NCBI GenBank assembly: GCA_050633245.1
Contig: JBOEGD010000002.1
Location: forward strand, 55,006-119,005
Direction: 5' to 3'
Origin: Calditrichia bacterium
Lineage (GTDB): Bacteria > Calditrichota > Calditrichia > RBG-13-44-9 > J075
DNA: 64,000 nt
Shown: piece after piece, positions 10,270 through 19,308 of the stretch
Position numbering within the stretch: position 1 is the first letter of the stretch
How the letters are laid out: the number at the start of each line of letters is the position of its first letter
Made by a program: the position numbers and the translations under genes
Notes under the pieces: model-generated
Told to the model about the DNA's origin: nothing
The model's database searches: none
What the model saw: the letters and a program-made list of their open reading frames with translations, nothing else

Positions 10270-12112
10270 CACCAACGATTTTGTGCGCACAACTGTTGCG
10301 CACAGTCGCCTGCTTTATTTCTACCTATTGCTGCTTTTCCCCGCCAGCTTATTAATCGCTCAACAACCTTCCGAATACACGCTTACGCTAAATAAACGCT
10401 TTATTAGCTGGTCCTGGTTAACAACGTTCAACGGCAATTACAATATTGGTCAAAACTCCACACTGGGAATTCAGAATCAATTTCGCAGCAATCTCTATCG
10501 GCAGAATGCCTCGGATGAGCGTTGGAAGGATGAGAACACCTTCGTTTTAGGTTGGGAGCGCGTGCTTAATCCCAAGCTTAGTTTGCGTTCTTACTTAAAC
10601 TCACGCATCTTTTCAGATGAGAACACATCCGTCGAATTCAATAAACATCTTCTGGCGCAGGAAGCCATGTATAAACCATCCAAACGCGTGCTCATTAAAC
10701 CTGCGCTCGGCTGGACAACCGAGCAGGCCTTCGACAATAGAGATCAGGCCATCTATACTCGATTAGGCATCCGCCTCAGCAAGTTCGACATGGGAGACTA
10801 TCGCAACTCTACCGATCTCAGTAGCGAGGTTCGATTTTTTCCAGACCGCAAAAACCAGGATCATTCTCTCTTTACCGGTTGGAACACGAACTTCTCAAAA
10901 CTCGCCAGTGATTCTCTGAGAGTCGGCTACCAATATTCCGAAAGCCGCTATTTCCTAAATCCAACCGCTACATTTTTGGAGCGTGGAATAGAGGCGCCAC
11001 AGGAACAGGTTATTATCAATACCCAGTTTCTGTTCAACCAGCTAACGTATCGCACTTCTCCCTCCGCTAATCTTGTTCTGCTTACCACTTTACGTAACCG
11101 CGCACTCGATCAAAGTAATCCCGACACGCTGTTACAACGGGAAGAATTCGCTCTTGAGAATCAATTTCAATACGTTTATGCCACACCGCGCATGCAGCTG
11201 CAAAGCGGGATTATTTTTTCGCAGACCGATCGCGATAATCCGGGCCTTTTTACCGATATAAGCTCACTTCAAACTGCCTTCTCAAATTCTCTTCAATTTA
11301 AAGTGACACCGGAACAGCGCTATTGGGCCAGACTTTCTTTCGCAAAATATGAATACAATACGCCAAACGACGGTATGGATGCCGAAGATCGCGACGAACA
11401 ACGATTTATAGTCGATACCGGTTACGCCTGGCGCATCAGCCCCTATTACAAACTGACCCTTAACGCAAATGTTTATCTGTTTCATCAGATTTACCTGCGT
11501 TCAGGGCGTAGCCAAAACAATAGCTGGAATCGCATTTTTCAATTGAGTGGCGCATTTGAGCATCGACTGGGAAGGCGCTGGACGCATCAGAGTAAGCTGA
11601 AAATTCTGGCCAACTATACGGTGTTCGACTTCGACGAATTGCTGCTAAACGTAAACAGCTTCCTGTTTCGCAAACTTATTTACTCTGATTCACTTGCCGT
11701 GGGGATTACAAAGAACCTGGAGATCAGCAGCATTTATCAATGGGAACAGGAAGACAACGGTGCTTTTTTTAAGAATAGCTTCTCGCAGCAAATCTTAAAA
11801 GAATTGTCTGCTCATTTTATCAGTATTTCTTTAAAGCATCGCAATGTATTTGGCCTGCATTTAACCAGTGGTGTTTCATTTTTTATTCGCGATGAATGGT
11901 CGTTTCGCCCGGAACGTGTAAGGGTGAGAAAGTTTCGCAGCTTTACACCAAGATTATCTCTGCTTTATCCTGCAGGGAAAAAGCTTCTGCTTTTTCTCAA
12001 TTACGCTCCAAATCGCGCACGTAATCGCACCCGCAGCAACAGCTCAACCCCGTTCTCGCTAAGTGAGCAAAACTTTACCAGTGGATCGCTAAAACTAACC
12101 TATTTATTCTAA
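10232..12112 (+). CDS. Hypothetical outer-membrane beta-barrel protein (true start probably ~10283)
   Basis: Signal-peptide-like N-terminus, alternating aromatic strands, C-terminal LKLTYLF barrel signal. Confidence 0.7.
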   Translation: MPMKRFTKSFLSSTNDFVRTTVAHSRLLYFYLLLLFPASLLIAQQPSEYTLTLNKRFISWSWLTTFNGNYNIGQNSTLGIQNQFRSNLYRQNASDERWKDENTFVLGWERVLNPKLSLRSYLNSRIFSDENTSVEFNKHLLAQEAMYKPSKRVLIKPALGWTTEQAFDNRDQAIYTRLGIRLSKFDMGDYRNSTDLSSEVRFFPDRKNQDHSLFTGWNTNFSKLASDSLRVGYQYSESRYFLNPTATFLERGIEAPQEQVIINTQFLFNQLTYRTSPSANLVLLTTLRNRALDQSNPDTLLQREEFALENQFQYVYATPRMQLQSGIIFSQTDRDNPGLFTDISSLQTAFSNSLQFKVTPEQRYWARLSFAKYEYNTPNDGMDAEDRDEQRFIVDTGYAWRISPYYKLTLNANVYLFHQIYLRSGRSQNNSWNRIFQLSGAFEHRLGRRWTHQSKLKILANYTVFDFDELLLNVNSFLFRKLIYSDSLAVGITKNLEISSIYQWEQEDNGAFFKNSFSQQILKELSAHFISISLKHRNVFGLHLTSGVSFFIRDEWSFRPERVRVRKFRSFTPRLSLLYPAGKKLLLFLNYAPNRARNRTRSNSSTPFSLSEQNFTSGSLKLTYLF

Positions 12113-12182
12113 CCTCGATTTTCTGTAACTTCATTCTCTTTCCGACATCAAAATGTTTGTAGCCTGAGAAGCCTGATTTTGC

Positions 12183-12247
12183 TTGACAATTCAGTGCTTT
12201 TCTGGCTAGTTTAAAGCAGAGAATAAATTTTGTGCAATTGCACAAAA
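12183..12247 (+). promoter_or_regulatory. Sigma70-type promoter (TTGACA-N18-TAGTTT) followed by a perfect 20-bp palindrome TTTTGTGCAATTGCACAAAA (12228-12247)
   Basis: Read directly upstream of iscA. Confidence 0.65.
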
Positions 12248-12305
12248 GATAATTGCCCAATATGGCGATAATTGTATTCCGAAAACGCACGAAAGGATCG
12301 GATAC

Positions 12306-12650
12306 ATGATTGGTACAGATGTTGATGTAAAGGTAAGCGAACGCGCTGTTGCGCAAATCCAGAAATTAATGGAAATGGACAGCAAGCATGGCCAGGGACT
12401 GCGCGTAGGCGTAAAGTCTGGTGGATGCTCAGGCCTTAGCTATTTCATGGAATTTCAGGCTGAGCCGCTTGCAAACGACAAAGTTTTTGAATTCGATGGC
12501 GGCGTAAAGCTGTTTGTTGATGTATTTAGCGTAATGTACCTCGACGGTAGTGAGCTGGATTTTACGGATGGTTTGAACGGTACCGGTTTCGAGTGGAGTA
12601 ATCCTAATGCAGCTCGAACATGCGGCTGTGGCCAGTCTTTTTCGGCATAA
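12306..12650 (+). CDS. iscA: Fe-S cluster assembly accessory protein (HesB/IscA/SufA)
   Basis: GLRVGVKSGGCSGLSY and NPNAARTCGCGQSF motifs. Confidence 0.95.
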   Translation: MIGTDVDVKVSERAVAQIQKLMEMDSKHGQGLRVGVKSGGCSGLSYFMEFQAEPLANDKVFEFDGGVKLFVDVFSVMYLDGSELDFTDGLNGTGFEWSNPNAARTCGCGQSFSA

Positions 12651-12662
12651 GGAGTAACAAAC

Positions 12663-12929
12663 ATGGCTGTAGCTAAAACATTGACCATTGATATCACTGA
12701 TTTTCTTGACAATGGAATCCTGCGAGAGAAAAGCTTTCGCGAGAAGGTTGGGGAAATCGACTGGCAGTCGGACTATCAAGACGCCAAGGTAGTGATTACC
12801 GGATGCGACACGGTTCCGATTCCTACATGGGCTTATATGGTGCTTGCGGCAAATTTAGCACCGCACGTGAAGCGAATTTTTTGGGGCGAGCCTTGTAGTG
12901 CTGTTCCAATTTTCGTGCGCCCCTCCTGA
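12663..12929 (+). CDS. DUF2480-like protein, half-length form
   Basis: ILREKSFRE..DW, VVITGC..IPTWAYM and WGEPCSAVP motifs. SD AAGGAG. Confidence 0.7.
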   Translation: MAVAKTLTIDITDFLDNGILREKSFREKVGEIDWQSDYQDAKVVITGCDTVPIPTWAYMVLAANLAPHVKRIFWGEPCSAVPIFVRPS

Positions 12930-12951
12930 ATTGACCTTTATCTGACTTTCT

Positions 12952-12983
12952 AAAAAGGCTACGCATTGCGTAGCCTTTTTTTT
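12952..12983 (+). terminator. Intrinsic terminator
   Basis: AAAAAGGCTACGC-att-GCGTAGCC-T8. Confidence 0.88.
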
Positions 12984-13025
12984 GCCTGAAAATGCCTATT
13001 AGATGCTGACTTGATCGTATTTTTA

Positions 13026-13090
13026 TCACACCGGGCGAAGTCGAGGTGCTAAAAAACTCTCATTAAGGCTTTGACTCCGCTCAGCCTGAC
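13026..13090. repeat. Dispersed ~65-bp imperfect inverted-repeat element (GAGCGGAGTCGA / TCGACTCCGCTC family)
   Basis: Homologous to 31751-31822. Partial copies at 18397-18421, 26340-26388, 27378-27470 and 29838-29864. Confidence 0.65.
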
Positions 13091-13257
13091 CAAATTCGAT
13101 AATGAAGTTTATATGAAATATTCATGTCGAACTACTTAGTTCACCAAAATAGAAAGTATCAGCTCGTCTATAATGATATTTTTGCTTAAATGGTGCGATT
13201 TGTCACACTGACTTTCGCAAATCCCTAGCATCTTTACAGTGCTGCCGGGGGAATGTC

Positions 13258-14349
13258 TTGCCCCCATTTCATCCATCATTTATCATTCGTATTCCGGGAC
13301 TTATGAAGTTAACGATGCCAACTTCATTCGGGTCACCATTGGACCTCAATGAAGACGTACTGACATTTGCAGGCTTAAAGGCACTCGCCTTCGATGCGAA
13401 TGGTGTTCTTAGTGCCATTTATCCAACCGGATCCCGATTTCACGGCTGGTCAGAGAAAAATCGCAGCGACTTTAACATCCACGACCATCTGCTAGTACCA
13501 AACGATCTCAGTCCGGACGCTTCCCTATTTGATATTGCAGGCTATCAAAACCTGAGACAGCTTCGCTGGTGTTCTCCAGATGGTATCGCCTCAGATCCCA
13601 AGGAAACTTTGTGGCGGGTAGAGCCGCCGAACGGCAAACCCGGTTCCGTTGTCATTTTTGTGCAGGATCGAGATCCATTAGATAAGAAATATTATTATCA
13701 GGCCAAAAATCTACCCGGTTTTTTTCACAACCTAAACGGCCCGCTTGGAACTATTATCGGACGTGCCGAATTACTTCAGCATCAACATCCCGACATAACC
13801 GGATTGGAAGCACTGATCCGCGTCAGCAATTCACTGCATCAGATGGTTCAGAATATCAGCAGCAAGGTGAATAATGAAGGCGGACACGGTATTGTGCCAA
13901 TTAGTCTTAACCGCTTGTTGCGCGATGAACTAGAATTTCTAAAGGCCGATTCCTTCTTCAAACATCAGGTTAAAACAACATTTGAGCTGGATCGTCAGGT
14001 ACCGCAGTTCGAAAGCAACTACGCGGCATTCACGGGGGTACTCGCAGAATGTTATCACCTGTTCCGCAGTCACACTGAACGCCTGAATCGCTATAGCATG
14101 CATGTAACCAGTTTTTATGAAGGCAAGCATATCGGGTTCAGTATCACCATAAATGGCGACTTCTTTGCCAATGGACAGCCGTTACCGGTAAAAATAAGTG
14201 CGAATGTCGACAATATTAAACAACTTTCACTTGCTCGCTTGGATACTGGCTTTTTAAGTTCATGCATGGAAAGTCATGATGGACAGCTCTCCTTAACCTG
14301 CAATGAAAAAGCATTCAGCTTACACTACACTTTCCCCCTCCCCGTATAG
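13258..14349 (+). CDS. Histidine-kinase-like protein with intact H-box but degenerate ATP-binding domain (start uncertain, 13258-13315)
   Basis: FFHNLNGPLGTIIGRAELL DHp motif. No recognisable N/G1/G2 boxes. Confidence 0.65.
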   Translation: MPPFHPSFIIRIPGLMKLTMPTSFGSPLDLNEDVLTFAGLKALAFDANGVLSAIYPTGSRFHGWSEKNRSDFNIHDHLLVPNDLSPDASLFDIAGYQNLRQLRWCSPDGIASDPKETLWRVEPPNGKPGSVVIFVQDRDPLDKKYYYQAKNLPGFFHNLNGPLGTIIGRAELLQHQHPDITGLEALIRVSNSLHQMVQNISSKVNNEGGHGIVPISLNRLLRDELEFLKADSFFKHQVKTTFELDRQVPQFESNYAAFTGVLAECYHLFRSHTERLNRYSMHVTSFYEGKHIGFSITINGDFFANGQPLPVKISANVDNIKQLSLARLDTGFLSSCMESHDGQLSLTCNEKAFSLHYTFPLPV

Positions 14350-14448
14350 TTCACGCAACACTTGCACATTGGAAATTAATGAATTATGATTGATAAATCG
14401 TAGTTGCTACCTTTGACTAATAGCAGCACGATTTTCGTTAGATGATTC

Positions 14449-16302
14449 ATGGAAAACCCAATGACCAAACGCTCGGCCAAGCTGGAAGAGAAGCTTCAAA
14501 ACCTACCCACCCAACCCGGAGTCTACCTGCACAAAAATGAGCAGGGAACGGTTATTTATGTTGGGAAAGCAAAAAACCTGCGCAGTCGGGTACGGAGTTA
14601 CTTTCAGGATCCCACCAATCTCGATCCCAAAACCAGACGGCTGGTTCCACAAATCGACGACCTGGAAACTATTATCGTCGATTCTGAAGTCGAGGCATTA
14701 ATCCTCGAAGCAAATCTGATTAAAGAACATCATCCACGCTATAATGTGGTTCTGCGAGACGACAAGTCCTATCCCTACATTCGCATTACCAGGGAGCCGT
14801 TTCCACGCGTCTTCGTTACGCGCAAAATCATCAAAGATGGCTCTAAATATCTTGGTCCATACACCGATGTAAAACATCTTCGCCATATCATAAAAAGCAT
14901 TGGAAAGATTTTCCCCATCCGTACCTGCAGGTTCTTTCTCAATGACGAGGTTATTGCAGCAAAAAAAGTGAAGCTCTGTCTTGAGTACCACATTAAACGT
15001 TGCCTTGGACCATGTGAAGGTCTTCAAAGTCAGCAAGACTACCAGGCCATGATATTGCAGGTAGAAAAGTTTTTGAAGGGTAAAACCAGAGATCTTATTC
15101 GCGAACTGCAAAGCCGGATGGAAAAAGAAGCCGCTGAGATGCACTTTGAAGAGGCTGCTCGTTTACGTGATCAGATTCAGATGATTTCCGATTATAATTT
15201 TCTGCCGCGAAAGGTTCAGCTGAACGACATGGAGGACCGCGATGTTGTTGCTATGGCGACGGAAGATGACGATGCCTGCATGGTGGTGTTTAAAATCCGC
15301 GACGGTAAGGTAATTGGTCGACAACATTACTATTTAAAAGGTGCCGGAGAAACCGAACCGGCCGACATTCTAACTGATTTTCTGCAACAGTTTTATCTGT
15401 CTGAAGATTATCTGCCAAAGCAAATTTTGCTTCCGAGCGATATTGGCGAAGAAAAAGAAGTGATGGAAAGCTGGCTGGGAAAAACTGCCGACCATCGTGT
15501 AGAATTATTCGTCCCGCAAAAAGGAGATAAGAAAAAGCTGCTCGATCTCTGCCAGAAGAATGCAAAGTTCCTACTCGGTGAACTGATGATTCAAAAGCTG
15601 AAAGCAAAAGACAAAGTCCCCTATCGCGTGGAAGAACTGCAAAAGAATCTTAACATGGAAAAACCTCCGTTGCGCATTGAGGGATTTGATATTTCAAATA
15701 TTCAGGGAACCGACGCGGTTGCCTCGATGGTTTGCTTTATGAACGGACTCCCGCGCAAAAGCGAGTATCGCATTTTCAAAATTCGCTCCAAAGACACGCC
15801 GGACGACTTTGCGATGATGCACGAGGCAGTCTGGCGCAGATATCGTCGCAGACTGGATGAAAACCAGCCGCTTCCAGATCTTATTTTGATAGATGGTGGA
15901 AAAGGGCAACTCAACAGCGCCGTTCAGGCACTACAGGAACTGGGCATTGAAAATCAGCCTATTGTTGGTTTGGCTAAACGTATGGAAGATGTGTTCGTAC
16001 CAGGAAACAGCGATCCAATGAATATCCCGAAACGTTCCGGCGCAATAAAGCTGTTGCAGCAGGTGCGGGATGAAGCGCATCGCTTTGCCGTCGGTCATTT
16101 TCGCAAGCAGCACAAAAAGAGGCTGCTCCACTCCCCCCTTGATGATATTGCCGGCGTTGGACCGTCGCGCAAAACGCATTTGTTAAAAACGTTTGGTTCA
16201 CTAAAAAAAATTCGGACTGCTACATTGGAAGAGCTGCAAACCCGCGGCAAATTGTCGCAAAAGGTTGCAGAGGCAGTTATTGATGCATTAGGTAAGACTT
16301 AA
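14449..16302 (+). CDS. uvrC: Excinuclease ABC subunit C
   Basis: GIY-YIG (PGVYL..IYVGKAKNLRSRV), UVR domain, RIEGFDISN, LIDGGKGQL and C-terminal HhH. Confidence 0.99.
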   Translation: MENPMTKRSAKLEEKLQNLPTQPGVYLHKNEQGTVIYVGKAKNLRSRVRSYFQDPTNLDPKTRRLVPQIDDLETIIVDSEVEALILEANLIKEHHPRYNVVLRDDKSYPYIRITREPFPRVFVTRKIIKDGSKYLGPYTDVKHLRHIIKSIGKIFPIRTCRFFLNDEVIAAKKVKLCLEYHIKRCLGPCEGLQSQQDYQAMILQVEKFLKGKTRDLIRELQSRMEKEAAEMHFEEAARLRDQIQMISDYNFLPRKVQLNDMEDRDVVAMATEDDDACMVVFKIRDGKVIGRQHYYLKGAGETEPADILTDFLQQFYLSEDYLPKQILLPSDIGEEKEVMESWLGKTADHRVELFVPQKGDKKKLLDLCQKNAKFLLGELMIQKLKAKDKVPYRVEELQKNLNMEKPPLRIEGFDISNIQGTDAVASMVCFMNGLPRKSEYRIFKIRSKDTPDDFAMMHEAVWRRYRRRLDENQPLPDLILIDGGKGQLNSAVQALQELGIENQPIVGLAKRMEDVFVPGNSDPMNIPKRSGAIKLLQQVRDEAHRFAVGHFRKQHKKRLLHSPLDDIAGVGPSRKTHLLKTFGSLKKIRTATLEELQTRGKLSQKVAEAVIDALGKT

Positions 16303-16324
16303 TTCATTATTGAAAGGAAGTATT

Positions 16325-18349
16325 ATGTATCCTCTATTTTACCGCAGGCTTAGCAGCATGCTGATCGTTTCTCTTGTGTTAGGTATTAGTTTGTATGCGC
16401 AAGACAAACTCACTCCGGAAACGCTGATGGGCCTTAAGGCCGTTTCCAGTTCGTCTATTTCACCAGATGGCAAGATGGTTGCTTATACGGTTACCGTGCC
16501 GAATATGGATACCAGCAAACCGGCTCGTGCGAAATCTGAAGTTTGGGTTCGCAATATCAAGTCAGGCGATTCTCGTCAGTTTATCGGTACACCGCTTTCC
16601 GGCAGCCGCCTCAGCTGGAGTACCGATAGCAAGCATCTCTATTTTCTGGCCAAGGTTACAACTCATAGTGCTACTACACAGGTTTATAGCATTCCGGTCG
16701 CTGGTGGAATGATGAATAACGTGACGGATCATAGTGCGGCGATTAGCAATTACAGCTGGTCTGCAGACGGAAACTGGCTGGCGTATATCTCTACCGATGC
16801 CAAGACGGCTGACGAGAAAGCAGCTATTGTTCGCGGTGAGGATTGGAAAGATTACGATACAAACTACAAATATCCGCGCCTTTATGTTATGAATGCCAAA
16901 ACCGGTGAGAGCAAGCAGATAAGCGGTGAAACCACTGCCGTTTGGGCAATGGCCTGGTCTCCGGATAACACACACTTGGCTATTCAGACCACCGACAAGC
17001 CGCTGGTTGACGAGTCGATGATGTTCGGAACGCTTCAGCGCATTTCACGAGTTGATGGTTCTACCATTCAGCTTTGTGAAACAGAAGGCAAGCTTGGCGT
17101 TATGCGGTTTTCACCGGATGGAATGCGTCTGGCATTTCTCGGCGCCACATCGCTAAACGACCCGCTTGCGCAGACGGTTTTCACCGTTCCGGCAAATGGC
17201 GGCTCGGCACTAAACATTAGTGGAGCTTCATTGATAAAAGGTTCTGCATCCACAATTAGCTGGATGAACAACAAGAATATTCTATTGCAGGCTGCAGAGG
17301 GCGCAACAACCACTCTCAGCATCCTGGCTGCAAACGGCAGCAAGCGCAAGGTTTTTCGCGACAATATTATTAAGCGCAGTCATTCGTTACATGCAAAAAG
17401 CGGAACGATTGCAGTCGTCGGCGAAACGCCGGGACACCCGCGTGAGCTTTTTATCGGCAACGTCAAGAACGGTCTGTTGAAAAAGCAGACTGATCACAAT
17501 CCAATTCTTGCGACAACAGCACTGGGACGTCAGGAAGTAATGAAGTGGAAAGCCGAAGACGGCATGGACATCGAAGGTATCCTTACCTATCCACTGAATT
17601 ACACCTCCGGAACCAGCTATCCGCTGGTGCTGCAAATTCATGGTGGACCGGAAGGCGTTAGTCAGAATGGCTGGAACACGCGCATGCTTTATCCTACTCA
17701 GCTATTGGCTGCAGAAGGTTATTTCGTGCTCGAACCAAACTATCGCGGCAGCGGTGGCTACGGCGTAGAGTTCAGCAAAGCCGATCATGATGATTTGGGC
17801 GGAAAAGAGTTTGACGACGTGCTGGCAGGAATTGATATGCTGATTGAAAAAGGCATGGTTGATGGAAGTCGCGTCGGTACCGGTGGCTGGTCTTATGGCG
17901 GATTCTTTTCTGCCTGGGCAGCAACTAAACACAGCGATCGCTTTAAAGCAGCGGCCGTTTGTGCCGGTCTCACCAACTGGATATCCTTTTCCGGAACCAC
18001 GGATATTCCTCACGAGATGGCGCTGGTTCACTGGAATCACTACTGGTACGAGCAGCGCGAACTGCATATGGATCGTTCTCCAATTTATCACATCAACAAT
18101 GCAAAAACGGCAACGCTCATTATTCACGGAGATATTGATGCCCGGGTCCATCCGGAGCAGAGCATCCAACTGTATGGCGCTTTGAAGCTGAAAAACGTAC
18201 CGACCAAGCTGGTCACCTATCCACGTGAAGGCCATGGTCTTGCAGAACGGGCTCATCAAATGCACTACATGGAGAATCTGATTAATTGGTTCAACACGTA
18301 TGTAAGAGACAGCGCTGAAACTAAGAATGATGAAGCATCGTTGAATTGA
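16325..18349 (+). CDS. Secreted S9 family (prolyl oligopeptidase/acylaminoacyl peptidase) serine peptidase
   Basis: Signal peptide, beta-propeller, IHGGP, GWSYGG nucleophile, D-x-R-V and EGH catalytic motifs. Confidence 0.93.
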   Translation: MYPLFYRRLSSMLIVSLVLGISLYAQDKLTPETLMGLKAVSSSSISPDGKMVAYTVTVPNMDTSKPARAKSEVWVRNIKSGDSRQFIGTPLSGSRLSWSTDSKHLYFLAKVTTHSATTQVYSIPVAGGMMNNVTDHSAAISNYSWSADGNWLAYISTDAKTADEKAAIVRGEDWKDYDTNYKYPRLYVMNAKTGESKQISGETTAVWAMAWSPDNTHLAIQTTDKPLVDESMMFGTLQRISRVDGSTIQLCETEGKLGVMRFSPDGMRLAFLGATSLNDPLAQTVFTVPANGGSALNISGASLIKGSASTISWMNNKNILLQAAEGATTTLSILAANGSKRKVFRDNIIKRSHSLHAKSGTIAVVGETPGHPRELFIGNVKNGLLKKQTDHNPILATTALGRQEVMKWKAEDGMDIEGILTYPLNYTSGTSYPLVLQIHGGPEGVSQNGWNTRMLYPTQLLAAEGYFVLEPNYRGSGGYGVEFSKADHDDLGGKEFDDVLAGIDMLIEKGMVDGSRVGTGGWSYGGFFSAWAATKHSDRFKAAAVCAGLTNWISFSGTTDIPHEMALVHWNHYWYEQRELHMDRSPIYHINNAKTATLIIHGDIDARVHPEQSIQLYGALKLKNVPTKLVTYPREGHGLAERAHQMHYMENLINWFNTYVRDSAETKNDEASLN

Positions 18350-18466
18350 TAAGCTAAATGACGGCAGATAAAAGACGGCATTGGCCAACATTTTCCGTTC
18401 CCCGAGCGAAGTCGAGGGGGAGGGTTGGCTCGGAATATCGCGTCTCTTCGGAAAAAACAATAAACT

Positions 18467-18865
18467 ATGAAAAAAGCAACCATACTTTTCGACGGCGTTT
18501 GCAATCTGTGCAATAACTCAGTCACGTTTATTATTGAGCGTGATCCATCCGGTTATTTTCAGTTTGGCGCACTGCAGTCGGATGAGGCAGCGGAATTGCT
18601 AAAAAAGCAGACCGGTGGACAATCTCTGCCGGACTCGATCGTTCTTATCGATAAAAAGGGTCTGCATACTCGCTCGACCGCTGCTCTGCGTATAGCACGG
18701 CATCTCAGTGGTCTGTGGCCGCTTCTCTATACCTTCAGCATAATACCAGCGCCAATCCGCGACATTGTTTATAACTGGATTGCCAAAAACCGCTACAACT
18801 GGTTTGGTAAACAGGATAGCTGCATGCTTCCAACGCCGGAATTGCAGCAGCGATTTTTATCGTAA
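18467..18865 (+). CDS. DCC1-like thiol-disulfide oxidoreductase (YuxK/DUF393)
   Basis: FDGVCNLC and YNWIAKNRYNWFGKQDSC motifs. Confidence 0.93.
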   Translation: MKKATILFDGVCNLCNNSVTFIIERDPSGYFQFGALQSDEAAELLKKQTGGQSLPDSIVLIDKKGLHTRSTAALRIARHLSGLWPLLYTFSIIPAPIRDIVYNWIAKNRYNWFGKQDSCMLPTPELQQRFLS

Positions 18866-18919
18866 TGTTTCACGGTTTTTATTACGTTTCACGGACAGTG
18901 CAACATATATTGGGTTTAC

Positions 18920-19110
18920 AATTCTGCTACATCGGGCGACTTGTCAGGGAAGCGTTCGATGTGATTATGGTGCCCTGAGGAAAGGAGGTGACCTATCTAT
19001 AGTAGCAATTTGATGGGAGCCTCCGGTGCAACTCGCTAGCACCGGGTTTTGATACCGATGCTCCCTATCGGTCTAGATGCCTCGCCGGACTTTCCGGCGA
19101 GGCTTTTTTT
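18920..19110 (+). ncRNA. Candidate structured small RNA with an AAGGAGGTGA motif and a strong terminator
   Basis: Helices TGCTAC/GTAGCA, TCAGGG/CCCTGA, GATGGGAGC/GCTCCCTATC and CCGGTGC/GCACCGG. TATATT -10-like box upstream. Confidence 0.45.
19079..19110 (+). terminator. Intrinsic terminator
   Basis: GCCTCGCCGGA-ctt-TCCGGCGAGGC-T7, a perfect 11-bp stem. Confidence 0.9.
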
Positions 19111-19161
19111 ATTTCAGAACATCAAGACATCGAAGAGTTTAGTCTTTTACTAAATTCACTA

Positions 19162-19306
19162 CATCCTGTTTATCCATGCTCGAATCATGTTCTTATCTAT
19201 CTCATCCATGTTCATATCTATCCCATCCATGTTTCTGTCTATCCCACTCATCCATGTTCTTATCTATCTCATCCATGTTTCTGTCTATCCCACTCATCCA
19301 TGTTAA
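19162..19306. repeat. Degenerate tandem repeat of 21-25-bp units with CATCCATGTT core
   Basis: Five CATCCATG copies (19203, 19224, 19249, 19270, 19295) plus variants, directly after the stop of 19309-20601. Confidence 0.8.
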
Positions 19307-19308
19307 TG

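Noticed and set aside
19162-19306. CRISPR array, or the 104-aa ORF 19176-19490
   Set aside because: Units are contiguous degenerate repeats without unique spacers and no cas genes are present. The ORF is a translation of the repeat and overlaps a real gene on the opposite strand.
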